DNA from: an uncultured Gemmatimonadales bacterium
Lineage (GTDB): Bacteria; Gemmatimonadota; Gemmatimonadetes; Gemmatimonadales; GWC2-71-9
NCBI GenBank assembly: GCA_963828735.1
Contig: CAWHFW010000006.1
Location: forward strand, 32,001 to 96,000
DNA length: 64,000 nt
Direction: 5' to 3'
The translations under genes were made by a program, and so were the position numbers. The stretch's first letter is position 1. Each line of letters begins with the position of its first letter. The notes below the pieces were generated by a model. That model did no database searches. It had not been told where the DNA came from and saw nothing but the letters and a program-made list of their open reading frames with translations. Shown one piece after another: positions 1 through 12,437 of this stretch.

Positions 1-64
1 AAAGCGAGTGGGCACGAAATCGAAACTAGCGAAACGGTGATCGATTACAACCCATGCGCGCGCC

Positions 65-1901
65 TCACACCTCGGCCACGAGCACGGGCTCCTGATCGCG
101 AAATTGGAGATCGTACAGCCGCCGATACAGTCCCCCCGCCCGGAAGAGCTGGTCGTGCGTCCCGCGCTGGACGATCCGGCCGGCCTCGAGCACGACGATC
201 TCGTCGGCGTCTCGCACGGTGGCCAGCCGGTGAGCGATGACGAGCACGGTGCGGTCGGCCATCAGCCGGTCGATCGCCTGCTGCACCAGCCGCTCCGACT
301 CGGTGTCGAGCGCGCTCGTGGCCTCGTCGAGGATGAGGATCGGCGGGTCGCGAAGCAGGGCCCGGGCGATCGCGATCCGTTGCCGCTGGCCGCCCGAGAG
401 CCGGGTGCCGCGCTCGCCCAGCATCGTCTCGTACCCATACGGGAGCTGTGCGATGAAGAGGTCGGCGTTCGCCGCCCGGGCGGCGGCCTCCACCTGGGCC
501 CGCGTGGCCCGCGCGGAGCCGTAGGCGATGTTGGCCTGCACCGTATCGTTGAGCAGCACGGTGTCCTGGCTCACGACCCCCATGAGCGCTCGGAGCGACC
601 GGCGAGTGAGCCGGGTGAGCGGGACACCGTCCATCAGGATCGCGCCCGTCGGTCGGATCGTGGAAGCGAGGCAGCAGGTCCGCGAGGGTCGTCTTGCCCG
701 CCCCGCTCGGCCCGACCAGCGCGACCACCTTGCCCTTGGGGAGCGAGAACGACACCTCGCTCAAGCACCGGGTCGCCCTGCCCGTAGCGGAACGAGACGC
801 GGTCGAAGACGATGCCTCGCTCGAACTTCGCCTCGCCCTCGCCGGGCCGGTCCACCTCGGCGCTCGGCTCGTCCAGGATCTCGAACACCCGTTCGGCGCT
901 CGCCATGCGTCACCGCCATGACTGCGGGATAGGAGCTGATCGTCTTGAGAGGCGAGGTGAGCTTGAGGGCGGCCATCAGGAACACGATGATCGCCTCGGG
1001 CGCGAGCGACCCGCCCATGCCGATCAGCGAGGGCCTGGTGCCCGCCCAGATGATGAGGATGACCAGGAACCCCGAGAAGACCTCGGTGAGCGGGCTGGTG
1101 AGCGACGAGAACCGCTGGGTGCGGACGACCTGCTTGCGGTACCGGCTCGCCTGGGAGGCGAAGCGGGCGCCCTCCCGGGCTTCCTCCCCGTAGGCCCGGA
1201 TGAGCCGGACCGCCCCGATCCGCTCGGTGATCGTGGAGGTGACCTCGCCGCGCTCGCGGGCGCGGGCGCGCGAGTGCCGGCGCAGGCGCTTGAGGAGGGT
1301 CTGGAGCAGGTAGACCATCGCCGGCACGCACGCGAGCGTGAGCAGCGTCAGCCGGAGGGAGATCTGGCTCAGGACCACGAGCGTCGTCGCCACGATCACG
1401 AGGTTCTGGAACAGCGAAAGCAGCGAGGCGGTGATGACCGTCTTGGTCTGATCCACCTCCGTGATGATGCCCGAGATGAGCGCGCCCGCGCGCGTCCGCT
1501 GGAAGTAGCCCAGATCGAGGGTCAGCAGGTGATCGAAGATGCGGGTGCGAAGGTCCCGCACCAGGCTTTCCTGCACGCCAACCGAGATCTGGCTCGAGGC
1601 GTAGCTCAGCGCGTTCTTGATGAGCAGGCCCACCGCAAGCAGCACCACCAGGCGTCCGGCCGCATGCCCCGGCGAGAGCCCCACCACGAGCGGGTCGGTG
1701 AGGCGGGTGACGAAGTTCTCGAGCTGGGAGGAGCCGGCGTGGAGCTGGCCGCTCGTGCCGAAGAGGTGCTTGAGCAGGGGAATCAGGATGACCAGCGTGA
1801 ACCCGTCGAGCAGGGAGGCCAGGAACGTGGTGAGCAGCCCCAGCGCGAGGAGCCCGCGGTAGGGGCGCGACCATCCGGAGCAGCCGGAGCTCGGGGCGCA
1901 C
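65..1901 (-). pseudogene. MsbA-like ABC exporter (TM + ATPase), broken by about 4 apparent single-base frameshifts (likely sequencing errors)
   Basis: Consecutive pieces in different frames: GTG start [15 protein letters not shown] domain ORF 761..1687; [19 protein letters not shown]; Walker [18 protein letters not shown] and [12 protein letters not shown] in 65..634. Frame switches near 1863, 906, 760 and 645. Confidence 0.85.
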
Positions 1902-1903
1902 GG

Positions 1904-3469
1904 CTATCCGTGGCGCGGGGTCAGGAGCGCGATCGGCAGAATCACCTCCTCCGGCGACACGCCACCATGCAGGAACGCGCCGCGATAGCGCGCCTGATAC
2001 TCCCGCAGCTTCGTCGGGTACACGAAGAAGCGATCGCCCGTGGCCAGCAGCAGCCGGGTGCCGGGCCCGCGGGCGGGCAGCCCGAAGCTCGGCAGGTCGT
2101 CCACGACCAGGGCGGCGTCGGCATCCTGCGCCCGCAGGTCGTCGCCGAACTTGTAGCGCAGGTTCGAGGTGGTGTCGCGCTTGGCGTAGACCGTCGCCGG
2201 CGTGTGGCAGTGGATCGACCCGTGGTCCGTCGTGAGCAGGACCGGGACCCCGCGCCGCTCCGCCTCCCGCAACGCGTCCCAGAGCGGCGATCGCTCGAAC
2301 CAGGTGCGTGTCAGATTCCGCAAGGCCGACGTGTCGCGCGCCACCTCGTACAGGGTGGAGTTCTCGGTGCGGCCGTGGGTCAGCTGGTCGATGAAGTTGA
2401 AGACGAGCGCCGTCACGCCGTCCTGCGCCAGGTGCGCGGGCAGGCGCTTGAGCAGGCCGTCGCCGTCGGCGGCCGTGAAGACTTTCTCGTAATGCACCGG
2501 CACGTTCCGCCCGGTGAGCTCCTTGAGCTGCTCGCTCAGGAGCTCGGCCTCGTGGGCGTTGAGGCTCGACTCCTCGTTGTCGGTCCACCACTGCGGGTAG
2601 CGCGCCTTGATCTCCGCCGGAAAGAGGCCGCTGAAGATGGCGTTCCGCGCGAACGGCGTGGCCGTCGGCAGAATCGAGAAGTAGTGGGCCGTCTCGATGT
2701 CGAACCGCGCGCTGATGAGCGGGCGGATCATCGCCCACTGGTCCAGGCGGAGACAGTCCACCACCACCAGCAGCGCCTTCCGGTGGAGGTCGAGCACCGG
2801 CCGGAGGAACTCGGCGCCGATGTCGACCGAAAGCGGCGGGCGGTCGCTCTCGCCGTCGTGGAGCCAGCCAGCGTAGTTCCGCTGGAGGTAGCGCGCGAAG
2901 TCCTGCCGCAGGCTCTCCTGCAGGGTGCGGAGGGCGTCCTGCAGGCCCGGCTCGTCCGCCTGGCCCAGGCGCACCTCCCACTCGGCGAGCTCGGCCACGA
3001 GCTCCACCCATTCGCGCCAGGCCAGCGGCCCGGCCCGGCGGGCCTCGAGCTCGCGGAAGCGGGTGGCGAAGTCGCGCGAGAGGCGCTGCTGCCGGATGCG
3101 GTCGCCGTCGAGCAACCGGGTCACGACCGACAGGATCTGGCGCGGGTTCACCGGCTTGATGAGGTAGTCCGAGATGTCGGCCCCGATGGCGTCCTTGAGG
3201 GTCTCGGTCTCCTCGCTCTTGGTGACCATCACCACGGGCATGCCATGGTCGATGGCCCGGATGGCGCGGAACAGGTCGAGGCCCCGGCGGCCGGGCATCT
3301 GCTCGTCGAGCAGCACGACGCCGTACGGCTGCCGCTGGAGCAGCACGAGGGCGTCGTCACCGTGGGTCGTGGTCTCCACGGCAAAGCCCTGCTCTTCCAA
3401 AAAGAGAACATGGGACGTGAGGCTTTCCACCTCGTCGTCCACCCAGAGGATGCTCTTGGGACGCGGCAT
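1904..3469 (-). CDS. PorX-like response regulator: receiver + PglZ/alkaline-phosphatase domain
   Basis: N-terminal receiver ([20 protein letters not shown]); PglZ-type motifs [41 protein letters not shown]. Confidence 0.9.
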   Translation of the reverse strand: MPRPKSILWVDDEVESLTSHVLFLEEQGFAVETTTHGDDALVLLQRQPYGVVLLDEQMPGRRGLDLFRAIRAIDHGMPVVMVTKSEETETLKDAIGADISDYLIKPVNPRQILSVVTRLLDGDRIRQQRLSRDFATRFRELEARRAGPLAWREWVELVAELAEWEVRLGQADEPGLQDALRTLQESLRQDFARYLQRNYAGWLHDGESDRPPLSVDIGAEFLRPVLDLHRKALLVVVDCLRLDQWAMIRPLISARFDIETAHYFSILPTATPFARNAIFSGLFPAEIKARYPQWWTDNEESSLNAHEAELLSEQLKELTGRNVPVHYEKVFTAADGDGLLKRLPAHLAQDGVTALVFNFIDQLTHGRTENSTLYEVARDTSALRNLTRTWFERSPLWDALREAERRGVPVLLTTDHGSIHCHTPATVYAKRDTTSNLRYKFGDDLRAQDADAALVVDDLPSFGLPARGPGTRLLLATGDRFFVYPTKLREYQARYRGAFLHGGVSPEEVILPIALLTPRHG

Positions 3470-3547
3470 GGGCTAAATATACAGGGGGGCGCGGAGGAGG
3501 CTCATGGCGTCCTTTCCGTCTCCCTTTTCCCACCGTACATTCCCGCC

Positions 3548-4573
3548 GTGCCGTACAATATTTTCCTCTCCCCCGACATTCTCGTAGTGCGGTTCGGCTC
3601 GATCGGTGACATCCTGCTGACGACTCCGCTCCTGCGGGCCATCCGGACGAAGTGGCCCGGGGCGCGGGTTACGTTTCTCACGAAGCGGCAATACGTGCCG
3701 CTCGTGAGCGACAACCCGAACGTCACCGAGGCGTTCGGCATCGCGCCGCAGGACACCGCCCGCAGCGTCGCCGCGCAGATCCGTACGGTGGCGTATACGC
3801 ACCTGCTCGATCTGCAGGGCGGCCTCCGCACCGCGGCCCTCAGGGCTCTGACCCGTCGCCCATGGTTCGGCTATTCGCACCGGCGGCTGGCGCGCGAGCT
3901 GCTTATCCGCTTCAAGTACAACACCTACACGGAGCACGTGCCGGTCGCCGAGCGCTACTTCGAGGCCGCGAGCGACCTCAACGTGGAGCCGGACGGCGGC
4001 CCGCCCGAGTTCTTCATCAATCCCATCGCGGAAGAGAAGGCGGCGGCGTGGCTCCAGCGCGCCGGCGTCGGCACCAAGCGTCCGTTCGTGACGATCGCTC
4101 CCGGCGCGGCGCACGCCACCAAGCGATGGCCCGTCCAGCACTGGATCAAGCTGGTCCGCCAGATCGCGGGCACTGGAGCGGACATCGTCGCCCTCGGCGG
4201 CCCGGAGGACTCGGCGATGGGCGCGGAGATCGCGGCGCGGGGCGGCGCCCAGGTGGCGAGCGCCGCCGGCGACCTGAGCCTGCAGGAGACCGGCGCCATG
4301 CTGAAGCGCGCCGCGGCGCTCATCTCGGGCGATACCGGAGTCATGCACATGGCCACCGGCGTCGGCATTCCCGTGGTCGCCCTGTTCGGACCGACGGTCA
4401 GGCAGTTCGGCTTCTTTCCGTACAATGCCCACGCGAGCGTGGTCGAGCGGAACCTCGAGTGCCGCCCCTGCAGCAGCCACGGGAGCGACGCGTGCCCGCT
4501 CCAGCACCACCTGTGCATGCGGGAGATCCAGCCCGACATGGTCTTCGCGACCCTGACGCGGACGCTGGCGTGA
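3548..4573 (+). CDS. Glycosyltransferase family 9 (LPS heptosyltransferase II-like)
   Basis: ILVVRFGSIGDILLT, DLQ, APGAAHATKRWP, SGDTGVMHMA, LFGPT, C-terminal CRPC/CPLQHHLCM; true start is the GTG at 3548 inside ORF 812..4573. Confidence 0.9.
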   Translation: MPYNIFLSPDILVVRFGSIGDILLTTPLLRAIRTKWPGARVTFLTKRQYVPLVSDNPNVTEAFGIAPQDTARSVAAQIRTVAYTHLLDLQGGLRTAALRALTRRPWFGYSHRRLARELLIRFKYNTYTEHVPVAERYFEAASDLNVEPDGGPPEFFINPIAEEKAAAWLQRAGVGTKRPFVTIAPGAAHATKRWPVQHWIKLVRQIAGTGADIVALGGPEDSAMGAEIAARGGAQVASAAGDLSLQETGAMLKRAAALISGDTGVMHMATGVGIPVVALFGPTVRQFGFFPYNAHASVVERNLECRPCSSHGSDACPLQHHLCMREIQPDMVFATLTRTLA

Positions 4574-4956
4574 GCGGGTGGGATCCCGCCGCGACGGCGC
4601 TCCTCGGCGTTCTGCCGCAGACGGCGCGCGGGCCGCGGCGGGAGGGGATCTTCGCGCTCTGGCTCACCGTCCGGGTCGCGCAGGACCTGCTGCGTGACCC
4701 TCCCCCGCCCGATCGCGCCCATCGCCGGCGGCTCCAGGCGCTCGAGCACCGGCTCTCGAGCCTGACGTTGCCCCCGCCACTCCGGCGCGCACTGGTCGCC
4801 GCGATCAGCCAGCTCAAGGATGGCCGCCCCGAGACAGCGGCGCAGGTGCTGAGCCAGCTCGTGGCACCCGCGCGCGAGGCCGGAGGCGCGGAGGCCGGCG
4901 AGGCGCTCGCGCAGGCAGTCCGCGCCGCGCGCGCGGCGGTCCGCGCCGAGCGGTAG
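4570..4956 (+). CDS. Hypothetical helical protein
   Basis: GTGA overlap with the GT9 stop; MSGWDPAATALLGVLP...; ends 2 nt before the next gene. Confidence 0.7.
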   Translation: MSGWDPAATALLGVLPQTARGPRREGIFALWLTVRVAQDLLRDPPPPDRAHRRRLQALEHRLSSLTLPPPLRRALVAAISQLKDGRPETAAQVLSQLVAPAREAGGAEAGEALAQAVRAARAAVRAER

Positions 4957-4958
4957 CG

Positions 4959-5813
4959 ATGCGGCCGACGCCGGAGAACGCGCTCGAGGCCCTGGTCGAG
5001 CGAATCGACGCGGTAGCACCGGGTGGGACCGCCCCGGACACCGTGCCGAGCGGCTTCCCCTCCCTCGATCGCAGGCTGGGCGGCGGATTCCGCCGGCAGG
5101 ACTTGATCGTCCTCGCCGGCGACGTGGGGAGCGGGAAATCGGCGCTTGGCCTCGCGATCGCGATGCGAGCGGCGCGCTCGGGGTCGGCAACGCTGATCCT
5201 CTCGGGCGAGATGAGCCCGGAGCGGGTCCTCGAACGCGCGCTGGCCATGGAGGGAGGCGTCCCGATCGATGACCTGCGTCAGGGCCGGCTCGACGCCACG
5301 GCCCGCGCGGCAGTGGGCGCCGCGGCGGTGCGCCTGCGGGACGCTCCGCTGCTGCTGCGGCCGCTCGCGGGCGAGCGGTTCGAGGAGGTCACCGCCTCGC
5401 TCGACCAGGTGCCGGGCCGCGCCTTGCTCGTGGTGGATTCGCTCCAGCTCACCCCGTCACCGCGGCCGGCGGGGCGCCTGAACGAACGGGTGGCGCTGGC
5501 GGTGCGCGCGCTCAAGGCCCTCGCGATCGAGCGCAACCTGGCCGTGCTCGCGCTGGCGCAGTTGCCGGCACTCCGAAGCGACCGGGGAGATCCCCGGCCC
5601 ACGCTCGACGACCTCGGCGCGCTCGGCGTGATCAAGCAGTGCGCGGATGTGGTGTTGGCGATCTATCGGGAGGAGATGTACCGGTCGGCCCAGGGCGTGG
5701 AAGGGGCAACCGAGCTGATCGTGGCGAAGAACCGGAACGGGGCGACCGGCTTCGTCGATCTCTATTTCAGGCCCCGCATCCTCCGCTTCGAGGACATGCT
5801 GGACCCGGAGTGA
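4959..5813 (+). CDS. DnaB-like helicase C-terminal (RecA-fold) domain protein, no N-terminal domain
   Basis: PSGFPSLDRRLGGG, Walker A GDVGSGKS, SGEMS, VDSLQL, AQL, RPTLDDL, ELIVAKNRNG. Confidence 0.85.
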   Translation: MRPTPENALEALVERIDAVAPGGTAPDTVPSGFPSLDRRLGGGFRRQDLIVLAGDVGSGKSALGLAIAMRAARSGSATLILSGEMSPERVLERALAMEGGVPIDDLRQGRLDATARAAVGAAAVRLRDAPLLLRPLAGERFEEVTASLDQVPGRALLVVDSLQLTPSPRPAGRLNERVALAVRALKALAIERNLAVLALAQLPALRSDRGDPRPTLDDLGALGVIKQCADVVLAIYREEMYRSAQGVEGATELIVAKNRNGATGFVDLYFRPRILRFEDMLDPE

Positions 5814-5895
5814 TTTCGGCGCATCAAGGGCACGACACAGGGGGCATGCGCTCGCGCATGCCCCCTCTCGCAACTCCCGCCCGTGCCGCGCCCGA

Positions 5896-6309
5896 CTACG
5901 AGGTCGCCTTGGCCACCGCGCTGTCGGTCCGGCTCAGGATGGCACCCGAAAGCTGCACCAGGGTGCCGTGTCCGTCCTCGGCCTGCTCAATCCGGACCCA
6001 CAAGGGCGGCCCCTTCTGTTCGGCGAGGAGCACCGTCGCGCCGTCCTTGTCCTTCGCATCGTTCACCAGCTTCCAGCCGCCGGTCCTGAGGATCCGGCGA
6101 TAGTAGGCCGTCACGGCCTCCACGCCAGCCGGCGTCCGGACGGTCACCTGGATCACATCAGGCCCACCCGACCGGGTGACGAAGCTCGCGTCCGGCGGCA
6201 ACGGGAGATTCGGGAGCGCATCGCTCATCTTGGCGATCGTGGGGCGCTTGTCGCCGCAGGCGGCGAGCGCGGCGCAGAGCAGCAGCACGCGGATTTTCGA
6301 GGGGATCAT
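5896..6309 (-). CDS. Hypothetical lipoprotein
   Basis: Lipobox LAAC after a basic/hydrophobic N-terminus; motif AYYRRILRTGGWKL. Confidence 0.75.
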   Translation of the reverse strand: MIPSKIRVLLLCAALAACGDKRPTIAKMSDALPNLPLPPDASFVTRSGGPDVIQVTVRTPAGVEAVTAYYRRILRTGGWKLVNDAKDKDGATVLLAEQKGPPLWVRIEQAEDGHGTLVQLSGAILSRTDSAVAKATS

Positions 6310-6423
6310 AGGCGGGGGAGACTAGCGGCAGGTGCACTCCGGGTCAAGCCCGGCGGTTTGCCGCAAACGGCTGTCGCGCTTATGTTTCGGCCCATCAACC
6401 CCGCCCGCATCAAGGAGTTGGCC

Positions 6424-7173
6424 ATGGCCGGCCACAGCAAGTGGAAGCAGATCAAGCGGAAGAAGGCCGTCACCGATTCCCGCCGCGCCTCCGCCTGGAC
6501 CAAGATCATCCGTGAGATCACCGTCGCGGCCCGTGCAGGCGGAGGAGATCCGGCCGGCAACCCCCGCCTCCGCTTGGCCGTGGACGACGCGCGCGCGGTG
6601 AACATGCCCAAGGAAAACATCGAGCGCGCCATCAAGAAGGGCACCGGCGAGCTCGAGGGCGAGGCCTACCAGGAGCTGACGTACGAGGGGTACGGACCCG
6701 GGGGCGCGGCGATCTTCATCGAAGCTACGACGGACAATCCCAACCGCACCGTCGCCGAGATCCGGCACGCCTTCAGCCGCAACGGCGGGAACCTCGGCGC
6801 CACCAACTCGGTCGCCTGGATGTTCGACCGGAAGGGACAGATCTACCTCGAGGCCGCCAAGTACGACGAGGAGTCCACGCTGGAAGCGGCGCTCGAGGCA
6901 GGCGCCGAAGACTTCGCTCGCGAGGGGGACCAGTACCTCGTGACCACCGCACCGGCGACGTTCCACGCCGTCCAGGAGGCGCTCAAGGGGAAGCGGTTCG
7001 CGATCGAGTCCGCGGAGCTCACGATGGTGCCCAAGAACACCGTCAAGGTGGAAGGTCCCGACGCCGAGCGCATTCTCAAGTTGATGGAAGTGCTCGAAGA
7101 GCTGGACGACGTCTCCCGAGTCTCCTCGAACTTCGACATCGACGCCGCCCAGCTGGCGGAGGCCGAGGCCTGA
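6424..7173 (+). CDS. yebC: YebC/PmpR family protein
   Basis: MAGHSKWKQIKRKK, YEGYGPGG, TDNPNRT; RBS AAGGAG upstream; typical position before ruvC. Confidence 0.95.
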   Translation: MAGHSKWKQIKRKKAVTDSRRASAWTKIIREITVAARAGGGDPAGNPRLRLAVDDARAVNMPKENIERAIKKGTGELEGEAYQELTYEGYGPGGAAIFIEATTDNPNRTVAEIRHAFSRNGGNLGATNSVAWMFDRKGQIYLEAAKYDEESTLEAALEAGAEDFAREGDQYLVTTAPATFHAVQEALKGKRFAIESAELTMVPKNTVKVEGPDAERILKLMEVLEELDDVSRVSSNFDIDAAQLAEAEA

Positions 7174-7183
7174 GAGCTCGCCG

Positions 7184-7696
7184 GTGAAGGTGCTCGGCAT
7201 CGACCCGGGGACGGCCGTCCTCGGGTACGGCGTTGTGGAGAGCGGCACCGGAACCCATCCGCGATTGCTGGAATGCGGCACGCTCACGACGGCCGCCCGG
7301 GATTCCCTTCCTGCCCGCCTGCGGGTGATCCATGACGGCACCGCGGCACTGCTCGCCCGCCACGCGCCCGACGCCGTGGCGGTGGAAAGTGCGTTCTACG
7401 CGAAGAACGTGCGGACCACGGTCGTCCTGAGCCATGCGCGCGGCGTCATTCTTCTGGCGGCGGAGCAGGCCGGCGTCGCGATCGCGGAGTACTCGCCGGC
7501 GCAGGTGAAGAAGACCGTGGTGGGCCGGGGTGCCGCGCTCAAGTCGCAGGTGGCGTACATGGTGGCGCAGCTACTACGACTGCGCACCCCGCCCACGCCC
7601 GCGGACGCGGCGGACGGCGTGGCAGTGGCGTTGACCCACGTCCTCATCGCCGGCCGCCGGTCCGCATTCTTTCGCCAGATGACGGGGACCCGGTGA
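7184..7696 (+). CDS. ruvC: Holliday junction resolvase RuvC
   Basis: VLGIDPG, AVE, HARG, VKKTVVGRG, DAADGVAVAL. Confidence 0.95.
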   Translation: MKVLGIDPGTAVLGYGVVESGTGTHPRLLECGTLTTAARDSLPARLRVIHDGTAALLARHAPDAVAVESAFYAKNVRTTVVLSHARGVILLAAEQAGVAIAEYSPAQVKKTVVGRGAALKSQVAYMVAQLLRLRTPPTPADAADGVAVALTHVLIAGRRSAFFRQMTGTR

Positions 7697-8292
7697 TCGC
7701 GCGAGTGACCGGCGTGTTGGTCGAGCGGGCGGGCGACGGGCTCGTGATCGAGACCGATGGCGGCGTGGGATACGCTTTGACCGTCCCGACGGGCGTGGCG
7801 GAGCGGCTGCCGGCCACCGGGGCGCGGGTGAGCCTTTTCACCGAGCTCGTGGTGAAGGAAGACGGGTGGGCCCTGTTCGGGTTCGACCGCGCGATGGAGC
7901 GGATGGTGTTCCGGCGGCTGCTCGACGCAAGCGGGTTCGGGCCCAAGCTCGCCCTCGCCATGCTCTCGGCGCTGGGGCCGGAGCGGACGGTGCGGAGCAT
8001 CCTCGCGCGCGACCTCACCGCGCTCAGCTCCGTGAGCGGCGTGGGACGCAAGAAGGCCGAGCGCCTCGTGCTCGAGCTGCAGGACAAGTTCGGCGACGTC
8101 TCGCTCCAGAGCCCGGCGCCGCGCGCGGCCGGAACCGAGGGTGCCGTGCAGGCCCTGGTGGGACTAGGCTACGGCCCGGGCGCCGCGGACGAGGCCGTGC
8201 GGGCCGCGTTGGCGGACGGCGCGCCGTCGGAAACCTCGCAACTGATCCGCCTGGCGCTTCAGCGCCTCGCCACCGCCCGGGGAGGGCGCTGA
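7693..8292 (+). CDS. ruvA: Holliday junction branch migration protein RuvA
   Basis: [49 protein letters not shown]. Confidence 0.95.
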   Translation: MIARVTGVLVERAGDGLVIETDGGVGYALTVPTGVAERLPATGARVSLFTELVVKEDGWALFGFDRAMERMVFRRLLDASGFGPKLALAMLSALGPERTVRSILARDLTALSSVSGVGRKKAERLVLELQDKFGDVSLQSPAPRAAGTEGAVQALVGLGYGPGAADEAVRAALADGAPSETSQLIRLALQRLATARGGR

Positions 8293-8297
8293 CCGTG

Positions 8298-8480
8298 ATG
8301 AGCGTGCCAGCCGTGACCGCCGAATGGAACTGTACCCGCTGCGGCACCACCAACCGGAAACTGGTGCCGGCCGACGCGACGAGCGCCCGGGACCGCTGCA
8401 ATCATTGCCGCGCGTGGCACATCGTGACCCCTGGCGAGCGGCCGGTCCGATGGAACGCGCAGCTCGACGACGGATCATGA
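8298..8480 (+). CDS. Small (60 aa) zinc-ribbon-like protein
   Basis: [24 protein letters not shown]...[10 protein letters not shown]; two CxxC motifs; ATGA overlap with ruvB. Confidence 0.75.
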   Translation: MSVPAVTAEWNCTRCGTTNRKLVPADATSARDRCNHCRAWHIVTPGERPVRWNAQLDDGS

Positions 8481-9505
8481 ACAAGCTCCAGGTCACCACT
8501 CCCGACGCTCTGCCCGAAGAGACGGGCGCGGACGCGGCGCTCCGGCCGTCGCGGCTGGACGAATTCATCGGGCAGGCGCAGGTGAAGAGCTCGCTCCAGA
8601 TCGCGATCGACGCCGCGAAGGGCCGCCGCGAGACGCTGGACCATACGCTCTTCTTCGGGCCGCCGGGCCTCGGCAAGACCACGCTCGCCATGCTGATGGC
8701 GCGCGAGATGGGCGTCCAGCTCCGCACCACCTCGGGCCCGGTGCTCGAGAAGCCGGGCGACCTCGTGGGCATGCTCACCTCGCTCGGCCCGGGTGACATG
8801 CTGTTCATCGACGAGATCCACCGGATGAAGCCGGCCCTCGAGGAGTTTCTCTACCCAGCGATGGAAGACTTTCGCGTGGATGTGCGCATCGCCGAAGGAC
8901 CGCACGCGCAGACGATCCCGATGGCGCTCGAGCGCTTCACGCTGGTCGGCGCGACCACGCGCTTCGGCCTCCTGACGCCGCCCATGCGCGCCCGCTTTGG
9001 TCTGGTGGAGCGGCTCGGGTTCTATCCAGCGGACGAGCTGCAGCAAATCGTCGTTCGCTCGGCGTCCATCCTCCAGGTGCCCATCGACGACGCGGGCGCT
9101 TCGGAGATCGCGCGGCGAAGCCGGGGCACACCGCGGGTGGCCAACCGGCTCCTCCGCCGGGTCCGCGACTACGCCCAGGTGAAGGCCGACGGTCGCGTGA
9201 CGGTCGCGGTCGCGGGCGAGGCGCTGAGCCGGCTCAACGTGGACGAGTTCGGCCTGGACGACATGGACGCGCGGATTCTCACCACCATCATCGAGAAGTT
9301 CGGCGGCGGACCGGTCGGGCTCGGCACGGTGGCGGTGGCGGTCGGCGAGGATGCCGGCACGCTGCAGGACGTCTACGAACCGTTCCTCATTCAACAGGGC
9401 TTCCTCGAGCGCACGCCACGCGGCCGCTGCGCCACGGCGCTCGCGTACCGCCGTTTCGGCCTCACCCCGCCGCCCGCCGCGCAGGCCACGATCTTTGACG
9501 GCTGA
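8477..9505 (+). CDS. ruvB: Holliday junction helicase RuvB
   Basis: [50 protein letters not shown]. Confidence 0.97.
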   Translation: MNKLQVTTPDALPEETGADAALRPSRLDEFIGQAQVKSSLQIAIDAAKGRRETLDHTLFFGPPGLGKTTLAMLMAREMGVQLRTTSGPVLEKPGDLVGMLTSLGPGDMLFIDEIHRMKPALEEFLYPAMEDFRVDVRIAEGPHAQTIPMALERFTLVGATTRFGLLTPPMRARFGLVERLGFYPADELQQIVVRSASILQVPIDDAGASEIARRSRGTPRVANRLLRRVRDYAQVKADGRVTVAVAGEALSRLNVDEFGLDDMDARILTTIIEKFGGGPVGLGTVAVAVGEDAGTLQDVYEPFLIQQGFLERTPRGRCATALAYRRFGLTPPPAAQATIFDG

Positions 9506-10655
9506 GTCCCCCCGCACCGCCGACTTCGACTACCAGCTTCCGCCGGAGCTCATCGCCCAGGAGCCCCTTCCGGAGCGGAGCGCGAGCCGCCTGCTGATGG
9601 TCCTCCGCGCCGACCGGCGCGCCATGGGCCCCGATCGTCGCGCGGCCGAGCGCGCCGTGCGGCCAGCCGGCCGGCGCACGGTGGACAGCTTCCGGCAGCC
9701 CGCGATGGTCCCCGGCGATACCCGCTCCGTCCAGGGCGGCGTCCTGGTCGATTCCTGGTTCTCCCAGCTCAGCTCGCTCGTCCCAGCCGGCGACCTGCTG
9801 GTGCTCAACACCACGCGCGTTCGTCACGCCCGCCTCCTCGGCACCCGCGCGTCGGGCGCGCCGGCCGAGGTGCTGCTCATTCACCCGGCGGCGGACGAGA
9901 GCTGGGTCGCCCTCGGCAAGCCGGGCAGCGCGCTCCAACCCGGCAAGCGCGTCGCTTTCGACGACACCGTCGCCATCGAGACGCTCGAGGTGCTGCCCGA
10001 CGGCAATCGCCGGGTGCGCTTCGTCGGCGCCACGGCGGAGGAGGCGATCGCGCGGTTCGGCCGGCTGCCGCTGCCGCCCTACATCACTCGCGACCCCACC
10101 GAGGCCGACGACGAGCGGTACCAGACGGTCTACGCCCGACTCGAGGGGAGCGTCGCCGCGCCAACGGCGGGCCTCCACTTCACGACGGCGCTGCTCGACG
10201 GACTCTCGGCCAAGGGGGTCGTGGTCTCCGGACTGGACTTGCAGGTGGGACCGGGCACCTTCAAGCCGGTGGAGGTGGAGGACCCGCGCCTCCACCCGAT
10301 GCACCCGGAGCGATACGAGATCTCGCCGCGGCTGGCCGGGCTGATCGAGATCGTGCGCGAGCAGGGCGGTCGGGTGTGGGCGGTAGGCACCACGGTCGTT
10401 CGCGCGCTCGAGAGCGCCGCGCAATCGGACGGCACCGTCCGCGCCGGCGCGGGCGAGACGCGGCTCATGATCACGCCGGGCTACCCGTTCCGGGTCGTGG
10501 ACCGGCTGCTCACCAACTTCCACCTGCCGCGGTCGACCCTGCTCATGCTCGTGAGCGCGTTCGCCGGCCACGACCTCGCGATGGCGGCCTACGCCCACGC
10601 GGTGAGTCAGCGCTATCGCTTCTATTCCTACGGCGACGCCATGGTGATTCTCTGA
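9495..10655 (+). CDS. queA: SAM:tRNA ribosyltransferase-isomerase QueA
   Basis: [60 protein letters not shown]; start uncertain (TTG 9495). Confidence 0.95.
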   Translation: MTAESPRTADFDYQLPPELIAQEPLPERSASRLLMVLRADRRAMGPDRRAAERAVRPAGRRTVDSFRQPAMVPGDTRSVQGGVLVDSWFSQLSSLVPAGDLLVLNTTRVRHARLLGTRASGAPAEVLLIHPAADESWVALGKPGSALQPGKRVAFDDTVAIETLEVLPDGNRRVRFVGATAEEAIARFGRLPLPPYITRDPTEADDERYQTVYARLEGSVAAPTAGLHFTTALLDGLSAKGVVVSGLDLQVGPGTFKPVEVEDPRLHPMHPERYEISPRLAGLIEIVREQGGRVWAVGTTVVRALESAAQSDGTVRAGAGETRLMITPGYPFRVVDRLLTNFHLPRSTLLMLVSAFAGHDLAMAAYAHAVSQRYRFYSYGDAMVIL

Positions 10656-10668
10656 TCGGGAGCCGGAC

Positions 10669-12428
<1,760 letters not shown>

Positions 12429-12437
12429 GGAGAGCTC

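Noticed and set aside
45..3011. Very long alternative ORFs (e.g. 45..3011 -, 32187..35324 +, N-terminal parts of 812..4573 and 59568..62861)
   Set aside because: Shadow or antisense frames typical of high-GC DNA. They are Arg/Pro/Gly-rich, lack motifs and overlap well-supported genes.
1904..3469. PglZ domain as evidence of a BREX defence system
   Set aside because: It is fused to a receiver domain (PorX architecture), and no brxC, pglX or brxL genes are nearby.
4959..5813. Prophage or plasmid replication module around the DnaB-like gene
   Set aside because: No integrase, primase or phage genes, and composition matches the host.
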